64,000 bases of DNA. It comes from a bacterium. Lineage in GTDB: Bacteria; Ratteibacteria; UBA8468; B48-G9; JAFGKM01. Under the pieces are notes generated by a model. It had not been told where the DNA came from, did not search any database, and saw nothing but the letters and a program-made list of their open reading frames with translations. Below are positions 10,027-17,865 of the stretch, piece after piece (within the stretch, counting starts at the first letter, position 1; every line of letters starts with the position of its first letter). The stretch spans positions 69,847-133,846 of the forward strand of contig JALNXB010000001.1 in assembly GCA_023230585.1 (NCBI GenBank). The letters run 5' to 3'. The position numbers and the translations under genes were made by a program.

Positions 10027-10784
10027 CAAAAAAGTATGTGGTGTCTACTCACTCTGGAACTACGGTGCATACACCTTCTACACAACAATCGGGCACTCTG
10101 AGAACTTACCCTTCTGCATAAAAGGCATCTCCGAAGGGTTTAACAGGCTCAGTGTAGTAGAACAAAAGGCTTGAACCTTTTGTTAACAGCCCGATTCTTG
10201 CTTGAGTTGTAGTAGCACCTCGTAATTCGTTCATAGACACATACTTTTTTAACGAAAAGAAAAACAAAGGCAATGATAAAAGCATAAAAGAAAAGCGTAT
10301 GGGGTGTTTACTCACTCTGGTACTACGGTGCATACACCTTTCCTTTTTTGCCTTCTACCCTTAGGGGATGTTTGGGGTAGTAAGTCCCCAAGAGTTTGCA
10401 AAGAGGTTAATGGGATGAGGTTTATCCGCCGAAGCTTGCATTTTAGCGCAGGTGGAGGGGTAGTTAGCAACTTAACCAAAAACGAAAGACGTAATGATAA
10501 AAGATGAGATTGCCCCCTGCATGTCATTCCGGACTTGATCCGGAATCTCGTTTTTACCGCTTCTGTTAAGTGGGTTAGGTTAGAGATCCTGAAACAAGTT
10601 CAGGATAACAAAATGTGGGAGTAGGGGAACAAAAGGCTTGAACCTTTTGTTAACAGCCCCCCATTCCGCCTTTTGTAGTTAGTCTTGCGAGTTTTACCCG
10701 CCGAAGCCTTGGCGTAGGAGGGGCTTCGTAACGTGGCAATCTCGCCGAAGGCGGAAAAGGAATGGGAAGGAATAATAGTATGGT
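10027..10784. mobile_element. 758-bp composite block of dispersed repeat modules inserted between two operon genes (non-coding, MITE-like)
   Basis: Contains duplicated modules 'ggtgtttactcactctggtactacggtgcatacacc' (x2), hairpin 'caaaaggcttgaaccttttgttaacagc' (x2), 'gtcattccggacttgatccggaatctcgtttt', 'ccccattccgccttttgtagtt...', 'gcggaaaaggaatg'; all recur elsewhere in window; flanked by 28-bp direct repeats. Confidence 0.6.
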
Positions 10785-10812
10785 TAAAAGGGAGGATTGA
10801 TGGATAAAGGGA
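10785..10812. repeat. 28-bp direct repeat (right copy)
   Basis: Identical to 9999-10026. Confidence 0.8.
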
Positions 10813-11267
10813 TGAGCGAGATAGTTAAGGGTATTTCAAAAATAGTGTTCCCATTTATTATACTTTTTGGCATTGCTCTTGTTTTATATGGGCATATTAA
10901 TCCAGGGGGCGGATTTTCAGGTGGGGCTGTTTTGGCTGGAGGGTTTGTACTGCTTCTGCTTGCTTTTGGGAAAGATTATGTGTTTAAAGTTTTCCCTCCA
11001 AAAATTGCTCGGCTGATTGATAGTTTAGGGGCTTTAGGGTTTTTGTGTATTGCTGTTTTAGGGTTTACAGGAGGCCACTTCTTTTATAATTTCCTCAATA
11101 AAGGCCGGCTCTTCCATTTATGGAGTGGTGGTACGATGGTATTTGCTAATATTGCTATAGGTATGAAAATTTGTTCAGCTCTTTTTGTTGGCATTTCTGT
11201 TCTGTCTATGGCTCGCCTTGAAAAGAAAGAGAATGGGCCTATATATAGGCAGAGCGGGGAGGAATAA
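10800..11267 (+). CDS. MrpB-like antiporter subunit
   Basis: PGGGFSGGAVLAGG motif typical of MrpB/MnhB; ORF track starts at TTG 10797, ATG at 10800. Confidence 0.55.
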   Translation: MDKGMSEIVKGISKIVFPFIILFGIALVLYGHINPGGGFSGGAVLAGGFVLLLLAFGKDYVFKVFPPKIARLIDSLGALGFLCIAVLGFTGGHFFYNFLNKGRLFHLWSGGTMVFANIAIGMKICSALFVGISVLSMARLEKKENGPIYRQSGEE

Positions 11268-11617
11268 TGGTTATATATCTTCTGGTTGCTCTTATTTTCT
11301 TTATAGGGTTATATGGTATTGTTGCTAAAAAGAATATCATAAAAATTATTATAGGGGCTAACATTGTGGGTTATGCAGTTAATCTGTTGTTTATAGTGAT
11401 GGGGTATCAATGGGGCGGGATGGCTCCGGTGTTAACTGAAAAGACCAAACCAGATGAATTCTATAAGTTAGCCGTTGACCCTTTACCTCAGGCACTTGTT
11501 TTAACATCAATAGTTATTGACCTTGCTTTCCTTGCTTTTTTGTCTGCACTTGCTATCCGTCTTTATGAAAAGTATGAAACCTTTGATATAGAAAAGATGC
11601 GGAGGTTAAAAGGATGA
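11267..11617 (+). CDS. MrpC/NuoK-like subunit
   Basis: 116 aa, three predicted TM helices, taATG overlap, position in Mrp order. Confidence 0.55.
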   Translation: MVIYLLVALIFFIGLYGIVAKKNIIKIIIGANIVGYAVNLLFIVMGYQWGGMAPVLTEKTKPDEFYKLAVDPLPQALVLTSIVIDLAFLAFLSALAIRLYEKYETFDIEKMRRLKG

Positions 11618-13119
11618 ACCTTATTGTTATGCCGGTGGTTATTTATTTAGGTTCTGCTTTTGTTATACCGTTGTTATTTAGGAAGAACGAGGAGTTGGCA
11701 GGGAAATTTACCTGTATATGCACGTTTCTTGCGTTTGTTATATCTATCCTTATAGGAATCAATGTTTTTTCTCAAGGTAGATTTATATCTTTTGCAGGCG
11801 GTTGGGAAAATCCCGTAGGTATAGCTTTAATGGTTGACCCTTTATCTGCGTTATTTCTTATAGTATGCAATTTTATAACATTCTTCATACTACTATATTC
11901 AGATACCTATATGAAAAAATATACAGGTAGAATATATTTTAACTCTCTCTTTATGTTAATGCTTGCAGGTATGAACGGTGTACTTATAAGTATGGATATA
12001 TGGAACATTTTTGTCTTTTTTGAAATAGCTTCAATATCGTCTTTTATACTTGTTGCTTTTGGTTTGAAGGCAGAAGAGTTGGAAGCATCATTAAAATATA
12101 CTATTATGGGGTTCTTGGCATCAACTATGATACTTTTTGGCATGGCTATGATATACGGGCTTACTGGGACCTTAAACCTGCCTGATATTGCATTTGCTTT
12201 ATCTAAATTACCTCCTTCTCATTTATGGTTCACTGTTGCTCTGCTTTTGTCTGGGTATATATTAAAGATGGCTCTTGTACCTTTCCATACTTGGCTACCA
12301 GACGCTCATTCTATGGCACCTGCACCAGTGTCGGCTATATTGTCGAGCCTTTTTATAAAAATTATAGGGTTTTACCTTGTGATACGTGTTTCTTTGAACC
12401 TTTTTGGGGATATATACCAGATAAAGACAGCGCTTATTGTGTTGGGAGTGGTGTCTATGATACTTGGCGGTATTATGGCTTATGGACAACAAAATATCAA
12501 ACGGTTGTTTGCCTATTCTACTATCAGTCAGATAGGGTATTGTGCGATTGGAATAGGTATTGGAGGTTACTTGGGATACCTTGGGGCTATTATGCATTTT
12601 ATTGGGCACGCTTTTTCTAAATCACTACTATTTTTAGATATAGGCGCAATTGAATATATGACAGGCACCACTGATTCTAATGATTTGGAAGGAATCAATG
12701 AGCAGATGCCTTTTACAACCTTATTTTCAAATATGGGAATGTTCGGAATATCAGGTATTCCTCCTTTAGGTAATTTTTGGAGTAAACTGATTATTATACT
12801 TGCAGCTGTAAAAGCAGGATACTTTGGGGTTGCTCTTTTATCAGTTTTTGTTGCTGTCTTAACTCTCGGGTATTTTCTTAAACTATTAAGGAACGTCTAC
12901 TACAACAAACCTAAAACCAAAGAAGAAAAAAAAGAAGCTCCTTTGGGGTTGTTGGTGCCAATGGCAACCTTATCGTTTATGGTGCTATTTACAGGGGTTT
13001 TTCTGATACCTTCTATAAGAAAAACTGTTTTAGATAAAACCGTTGGAGTGATGGAAAACTTTTCGTATAAAAGTTTACATATTTCGGAAACCGATGAAAG
13101 TATATTGTTAGAAGAGTAA
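11614..13119 (+). CDS. MrpD/NuoN-like antiporter subunit
   Basis: 501 aa with FHTWLPDAHSMAPAPVS motif. Confidence 0.7.
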   Translation: MNLIVMPVVIYLGSAFVIPLLFRKNEELAGKFTCICTFLAFVISILIGINVFSQGRFISFAGGWENPVGIALMVDPLSALFLIVCNFITFFILLYSDTYMKKYTGRIYFNSLFMLMLAGMNGVLISMDIWNIFVFFEIASISSFILVAFGLKAEELEASLKYTIMGFLASTMILFGMAMIYGLTGTLNLPDIAFALSKLPPSHLWFTVALLLSGYILKMALVPFHTWLPDAHSMAPAPVSAILSSLFIKIIGFYLVIRVSLNLFGDIYQIKTALIVLGVVSMILGGIMAYGQQNIKRLFAYSTISQIGYCAIGIGIGGYLGYLGAIMHFIGHAFSKSLLFLDIGAIEYMTGTTDSNDLEGINEQMPFTTLFSNMGMFGISGIPPLGNFWSKLIIILAAVKAGYFGVALLSVFVAVLTLGYFLKLLRNVYYNKPKTKEEKKEAPLGLLVPMATLSFMVLFTGVFLIPSIRKTVLDKTVGVMENFSYKSLHISETDESILLEE

Positions 13120-13131
13120 AAGGAAAAAGAA

Positions 13132-13617
13132 ATGAGATACTTTTTTATGTTTATAGTTTTGTATATTATCTGGCTAATGGTAACTTGCAATATGGAGGTT
13201 GCCAATTTTTATGCTGGGGCAATCGTTGCTTTAATTGTTACAGCGTTATTTGGGAAAGAATTTCCTTACCACCCTAAACATACTTTTCAAATAAAGAGAT
13301 ACTTTGCATTTATTAAATTTTTAGGTGTCTTTTTTGTGCAGGTTGTACATGCTAACTTCATAATGGCTTATAGGGTTTTAAGTCCAAACTTACCAATTAA
13401 ACCGGGGATAGTAGAGATACCTCTCTATCTTAAATCCCCTCTGGGTAGAGTAATTCTTGCTAACGCTATCACTCTTGCGCCGGGCACTTTTACTATGGAC
13501 ATCACAAGTGATACACTTATATTACACTGGATATACGTACAGACAGAAGACCCACATAAAGCAGAAGAAATTATATGCGGTAGGTTACAAAGAATTCTTA
13601 AGGAGGTATTTGAATGA
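13132..13617 (+). CDS. MrpE-like subunit
   Basis: 161 aa, N-terminal hydrophobic; position in MrpA-G order. Confidence 0.45.
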   Translation: MRYFFMFIVLYIIWLMVTCNMEVANFYAGAIVALIVTALFGKEFPYHPKHTFQIKRYFAFIKFLGVFFVQVVHANFIMAYRVLSPNLPIKPGIVEIPLYLKSPLGRVILANAITLAPGTFTMDITSDTLILHWIYVQTEDPHKAEEIICGRLQRILKEVFE

Positions 13618-13868
13618 TTGCCTTATTAGTTTTTTTAACAGTGTGTGTTGCTTTGTGTGTCTACAGAATTTTTGTTGGACCTACTTCTGCAGACAGGATG
13701 GTAGGGATAGATATTCTTGGTATAATAGTTGTGATATTTTGTGTTCTATTGGCGTTATACACAGGTTTTGATTATTATATGAATATAGGTATCGCTTGGT
13801 CAATTATTGGTTTTGTTAGTACAATCACTTTTGCAAAGTTTCTTGAAGGGAGGCATTTAGATGAGTGA
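13614..13868 (+). CDS. MrpF-like subunit
   Basis: 84 aa hydrophobic, overlapping start/stop with neighbours. Confidence 0.45.
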   Translation: MIALLVFLTVCVALCVYRIFVGPTSADRMVGIDILGIIVVIFCVLLALYTGFDYYMNIGIAWSIIGFVSTITFAKFLEGRHLDE

Positions 13869-14181
13869 AGTTATTGGGCAAATATTTCTTGTTGTAGGGT
13901 TATGTTTTACATTTTTTGGATGTGTAGGGTTGGTAAGAATGCCTGACGTATACTGCAGGTTGCAGGCGGCAACAAAATGTGTTACTCTGGGAACAGGTAG
14001 TGTTTTGATAGGGGCTCTTATAATAACAGGGTTTACTGGTATAGGAATAAAATCTTTGGTATGTTTTATATTTCTTTTTTTAAACTCACCAACGGCTGCA
14101 CACGCTCTTGCTAAATCAGCTAAAGCTGCTGGAGTGCCTGTCTGGAAAAAAACTGAACCTGATAAAAACAAAAATCTCTAA
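13861..14181 (+). CDS. MrpG-like subunit
   Basis: 106 aa, N-terminal TM helices; end of Mrp module. Confidence 0.5.
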   Translation: MSEVIGQIFLVVGLCFTFFGCVGLVRMPDVYCRLQAATKCVTLGTGSVLIGALIITGFTGIGIKSLVCFIFLFLNSPTAAHALAKSAKAAGVPVWKKTEPDKNKNL

Positions 14182-14224
14182 CAACCTTTCTTAAAGGTCT
14201 TTAGCAACATTGTAAAAAAATAAA

Positions 14225-14494
14225 ATGCATGAACTTGTATTGATTTCAAATCTTTTAAAAATTCTTAACAAAATAAAAGAAGACGATAGGAATATATATT
14301 CTTTTCTGGCAATACATATTACTGTAAACCCATATAGTTGTATAGATGAGGAAAATCTTAATTTTATGTTTCGCTCTGTAGTCGGAAAAGAAGAGATATA
14401 TAAAGATGCTAAAATATGTGTAACAAGAGGGGCTAACCCTGCTGATAGAGAGTTTATACTTGATAATGTGGAGGTAGAGGTTTATGAAGAATAA
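14225..14494 (+). CDS. hypA: HypA-like hydrogenase nickel-insertion protein, N-terminal Ni-binding domain only (no Zn-finger CxxC...CxxC)
   Basis: Starts MHEL (conserved MHE Ni site) and resembles HypA N-domain; only two Cys in 89 aa; overlaps hypB start. Confidence 0.45.
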   Translation: MHELVLISNLLKILNKIKEDDRNIYSFLAIHITVNPYSCIDEENLNFMFRSVVGKEEIYKDAKICVTRGANPADREFILDNVEVEVYEE

Positions 14495-15602
14495 GGTTAA
14501 AACAATTAAGGTAGGAGCAAGCATATTGAAAGAAAATGATAAAATATCTGAAGAGAATAGGTTATTATTTGAAAAAAACAATGTGTGCTGTATAAATGTT
14601 ATGGGGTCTCCCGGTTCGGGTAAAACATCTCTACTTGAGAAGACAATACCTAAACTTAAATTAAAAAATATAAAACCTGGGGTTATAGAGGGAGATATAG
14701 AAGGAACGTTAGATGGTGAACGGCTTTTAAAATATGGTATACCTGTGGTGCAGATAAACACAGGGGGAGCGTGTCATCTGGATGCCAATATGGTAAAGAA
14801 AGGCCTTGAGAACCTCAATTTGAATGAGATAGATATCCTATTTATTGAAAATGTTGGCAATCTTGTATGCCCTGCTGCGTTTACTCTCGGCGAAAGTTAC
14901 AACGTTATTATTTCAAGTTGCCCAGAAGGAGAGGAAAAACCTTTAAAATATCCTTTGATGTTTAATATTTCTAATATATGCCTCCTTAATAAAATGGACT
15001 TGTCTGAACATTTGGATTTTAATACCAAACAATTTAAAGAGTACCTATTTAAGGTTGCGCCAGATACTAAACTTATACCGCTATCTTCAAAAACAGGAGA
15101 TGGTTTTGAAGAATGGTTAGATTTTCTTTACTTGTCTGCCCCTGAAAATAAAAAAGAACGTATAGTGGTGGTAGGTTTGGGGGATAGGATGAAAGGGGAC
15201 GATGCAGCAGGATGCGAAATAGCTGAACAACTTCATAAAGAGGATATCTCAGAGAATGTAAAAATAATTAATGCTGAAAACGCTATAGAAAACTATATTG
15301 GCGTGATAAAAGGATTTAAGCCAGATAGAATATATTTTGTTGACGCTGTTGACTTTAGTGGAACTCCAGGAGAAGTAAGACTTATGGAGGCAGGTTCTCT
15401 GGTAAGCAACACCTCTTCAACACATACTTTAGCTTTGCCGTTGATAATAGAAAATATTAAAGCAGAAACTTCTGCAAAATGTACTATCGTTGGAGTTCAA
15501 CCTAAAAAGATATTGTTTTCACAGAAGATTTCAAATGAGGTTAGGGAAGGTATTATGAATGCAGTTAAAATGTTGAGGGAAATATTATGGAAAAAGAGAT
15601 AG
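14484..15602 (+). CDS. hypB: Fusion of HypB nickel-GTPase and hydrogenase maturation endopeptidase (HycI/HybD-like)
   Basis: P-loop GSPGSGKTSLLEKT, CHLDANMV, ENVGNLVCPAAF (HypB) followed in same frame by VVVGLGDRMKGDDAAGCEIAEQL (HycI/HybD N-terminal signature). Confidence 0.75.
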   Translation: MKNKVKTIKVGASILKENDKISEENRLLFEKNNVCCINVMGSPGSGKTSLLEKTIPKLKLKNIKPGVIEGDIEGTLDGERLLKYGIPVVQINTGGACHLDANMVKKGLENLNLNEIDILFIENVGNLVCPAAFTLGESYNVIISSCPEGEEKPLKYPLMFNISNICLLNKMDLSEHLDFNTKQFKEYLFKVAPDTKLIPLSSKTGDGFEEWLDFLYLSAPENKKERIVVVGLGDRMKGDDAAGCEIAEQLHKEDISENVKIINAENAIENYIGVIKGFKPDRIYFVDAVDFSGTPGEVRLMEAGSLVSNTSSTHTLALPLIIENIKAETSAKCTIVGVQPKKILFSQKISNEVREGIMNAVKMLREILWKKR

Positions 15603-15952
15603 TTATGAAGTATGCAAATAAAGAAATCAAAATTTTAATGAAAGATAGCCGTTTAGCAAAAGCAATATGTGAGAAATTACCGTTTAAGGTGAATGTAAAT
15701 GTTTGGGGTAGAGAAATCTATTTTGAGATACCTGTAAAGTCCAGTATAACAGACTCTGTAATAGAACTTGAAGAAGGAGATGTGGCTTACTGGCCAGATG
15801 GAAGGTGTCTATGCTTTTTTTTCGGACCCACCCCAGCAAGCACAGGAACAAAACCAAAAGCTGCCGGTTATGTTGAGGTGGTTGGAAGGGTTACTTCTGA
15901 TTTGAAAGAACTTGAAAAGGTGAAATCAGGAGAAGAGGTGGTAATTGAATGA
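15587..15952 (+). CDS. Hypothetical protein, possibly cyclophilin-like (TM1367-type) fold
   Basis: Motif AYWPDGRCLCFFFGPTP recalled from cyclophilin-like DUF family; weak. Confidence 0.3.
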   Translation: MEKEIVMKYANKEIKILMKDSRLAKAICEKLPFKVNVNVWGREIYFEIPVKSSITDSVIELEEGDVAYWPDGRCLCFFFGPTPASTGTKPKAAGYVEVVGRVTSDLKELEKVKSGEEVVIE

Positions 15953-15965
15953 AGACGTAAAAAAC

Positions 15966-16145
15966 ATAAAAGACCCCCTCACCTTGCATCCTCTCCCCCA
16001 AAAGGAGAGGCAAATAAGGAAAGATTGTCATTCTGGGGTTTATCCCGAGTACCCTCGAGGGGCTTAACAGGCTCATAGTAGTAGAACAAAAGGCTTAAAC
16101 CTTTTGTTAACAGCCTCCCCATTCCGTCTTTTTTAGTTGACTTTC
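15966..16145. repeat. Dispersed modular intergenic repeat copy
   Basis: Modules 'gaccccctcaccttg...ctctccccc' (rc of module at 56497/17578), 'gtcattctggggtttatcccgagtaccctcgagggg', 'caaaaggcttaaaccttttgttaacagc', 'ccccattccgtctttt'. Confidence 0.6.
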
Positions 16146-16174
16146 TACTTATTTGGTAGTATAATACAAAAAAG

Positions 16175-17467
16175 TTGATACTTTTATGCAATATAATGGA
16201 AGAATATAAAATGATTAGAGATATTTTGATTATTCAAAAGCGAGAACTGGAACAAAAACAGAAAGAAAGGTTTATTGAGAGGCAGGTTGATTATACAACA
16301 CCTATGAAAAACGATTTAGTAAAGGTGATTATTGGTCCTCGCCGGGCGGGAAAATCTTCACTTGCTTTCAATATGCTTAAATCATTAAAAGAAAAATTTG
16401 GTTATGTCAATTTTGATGATGAAAGACTTGTTGGGATTAAAAATTATGATGATATCATTAATGCTATTGAGTCTGTTTACGACAACCCAAAATTTATTTT
16501 GTTTGATGAAATACAGAACCTTACCAAATGGGAACTGTTTGTAAACCGTTTACAAAGGCAAGGGTACAACCTTGTTATTACTGGTAGTAACTCAAATCTT
16601 TTAAGCAAAGAACTTGCTTCTCATCTTACCGGTAGACATATCTTGATAAATATTTTGCCTTTTTCGTTTGCGGAGTTTTTAACAGCAGGGGCAGAACATC
16701 TAATCCTAACAGAAAGCGAAAAGAGAGCAAAACTTTCAGACTATATTTACTGTGGTGGATACCCTGAACCTCTTTTTAAACAACTGGATGAAAAAGAATA
16801 TCTTGCTACTCTTTATAACTCAATTATTTATAAAGATATCATTAGCCGATTTAAAATTCGTATTGTGCCAGCAATAGAAAACCTTGCGGGATATCTTTTA
16901 TCTAATACAGGTAGAGAGTTTTCTTATAATACATTGTGTAAAATTTCTGGTTGTGGAAGTGTCCATACAGTAGACAAGTATCTACAATACCTTGAAGAGT
17001 CTTTTCTATTTTTTAAAATACATAGGTTCTCTCCTAACTTTGAAGGGCAACTAAGTTCTAATAAGAAAGTCTACTGTATTGATAATGGTTTTATTCAAAG
17101 CAGATCTTTTAAGACAGAAGACTATATTTCAACCCTATACGAAAATGTTGTAGCGGTTAAACTCAAGAAAGACGAGATGAACGGAGGGGCAAAGGTATTT
17201 TACTGGAAACACCCTCTTCAACAGGAGGTTGATTTTGTCCTTAAAGATGGTGTAGAAGTAAAGAAATTGATACAGGTATGTTGGAATATTGAAGATGTAC
17301 AAAAAAGAGAGAAAAAAGAAAAATCTTTGATGAAAGCAGGTAATCAAGTAAAATGCGATAACTTGTTTGTTCTTAATGATAATTATGAAGGGGAAGAAGA
17401 ATTTACATGGTTTGGGGTAACCAGAACAATTAAATATATTTCTTTATGGAAATGGTTACTTGAGTAA
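16175..17467 (+). CDS. AAA+ ATPase of the COG1373/DUF4143 type
   Basis: Walker A GPRRAGKSSLA, Walker B ILFDEIQ; C-terminal domain typical of DUF4143 proteins; start may be internal Met. Confidence 0.65.
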   Translation: MILLCNIMEEYKMIRDILIIQKRELEQKQKERFIERQVDYTTPMKNDLVKVIIGPRRAGKSSLAFNMLKSLKEKFGYVNFDDERLVGIKNYDDIINAIESVYDNPKFILFDEIQNLTKWELFVNRLQRQGYNLVITGSNSNLLSKELASHLTGRHILINILPFSFAEFLTAGAEHLILTESEKRAKLSDYIYCGGYPEPLFKQLDEKEYLATLYNSIIYKDIISRFKIRIVPAIENLAGYLLSNTGREFSYNTLCKISGCGSVHTVDKYLQYLEESFLFFKIHRFSPNFEGQLSSNKKVYCIDNGFIQSRSFKTEDYISTLYENVVAVKLKKDEMNGGAKVFYWKHPLQQEVDFVLKDGVEVKKLIQVCWNIEDVQKREKKEKSLMKAGNQVKCDNLFVLNDNYEGEEEFTWFGVTRTIKYISLWKWLLE

Positions 17468-17487
17468 AAATGTACCTCTTTTGTGAA

Positions 17488-17835
17488 GGGATTCCCCCTT
17501 ATATGTCATTCCGGATTTATCCCTCGGGGATACTTGGAACAAGCCGCCGAAAGCGGAAAAGGAATGTACCTTCTTTGCCCTCTAACCCTTGGGGGAGAGG
17601 GATCAAGGGTGAGGGGGTCTTTTGCTTTACGCTTTTGTTTTTATACGTTACTCCCCCCATTCCGTCTTTTGTAGTTAATCTTGCGAGTTTTACCCGCCGA
17701 AGGCGGAAAAGGAATGCACCTTCTCTTTGCCTTCTACCCTTGGAGTGTTTGGAGTAGTAGTCCCCAAAGGGTTGCAGAGAGTTTAATGGGATGAGGTTTA
17801 TCCCTCGAGGTACTCGGTAGACAAGCCTTTACAAT
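17488..17835. repeat. Dispersed modular intergenic repeat copy (composite)
   Basis: Modules 'ccccttatatgtcattccggatttatccc', 'gcggaaaaggaatg' (x2), 'ccctctaacccttgggggagagggatcaagggtgaggggg', 'ccccattccgtcttttgtagttaatcttgcgagttttacccgccgaagg', 'ttctacccttgg...gtttaatgggatgaggtttatccctcgagg'. Confidence 0.65.
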
Positions 17836-17865
17836 GACAAACAAGGCGCAAGGAATGAAACGTTA

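Noticed and set aside
10304-10527. ORFs of 67 and 71 aa on opposite strands inside the 758-bp insertion (and similar ORFs 15891-16191, 17470-17757, 56553-56807 in other repeat copies)
   Set aside because: They lie entirely within palindromic repeat modules, have no RBS or conserved protein features, and differ between copies. They are best explained as chance ORFs in non-coding repeats.
10027-10784. Possibility that the recurring repeats form a CRISPR array
   Set aside because: The repeats are heterogeneous modules rather than a single unit. They are not regularly spaced with unique spacers, and no cas genes are present.
12225-12620. 131-aa and 104-aa ORFs overlapping the mrpD-like gene in other frames (also 6719-6937, 7988-8242, 8768-9124, 9481-9906, 13457-13771)
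   Set aside because: Alternative-frame or antisense ORFs inside well-supported membrane-protein genes; no independent support.
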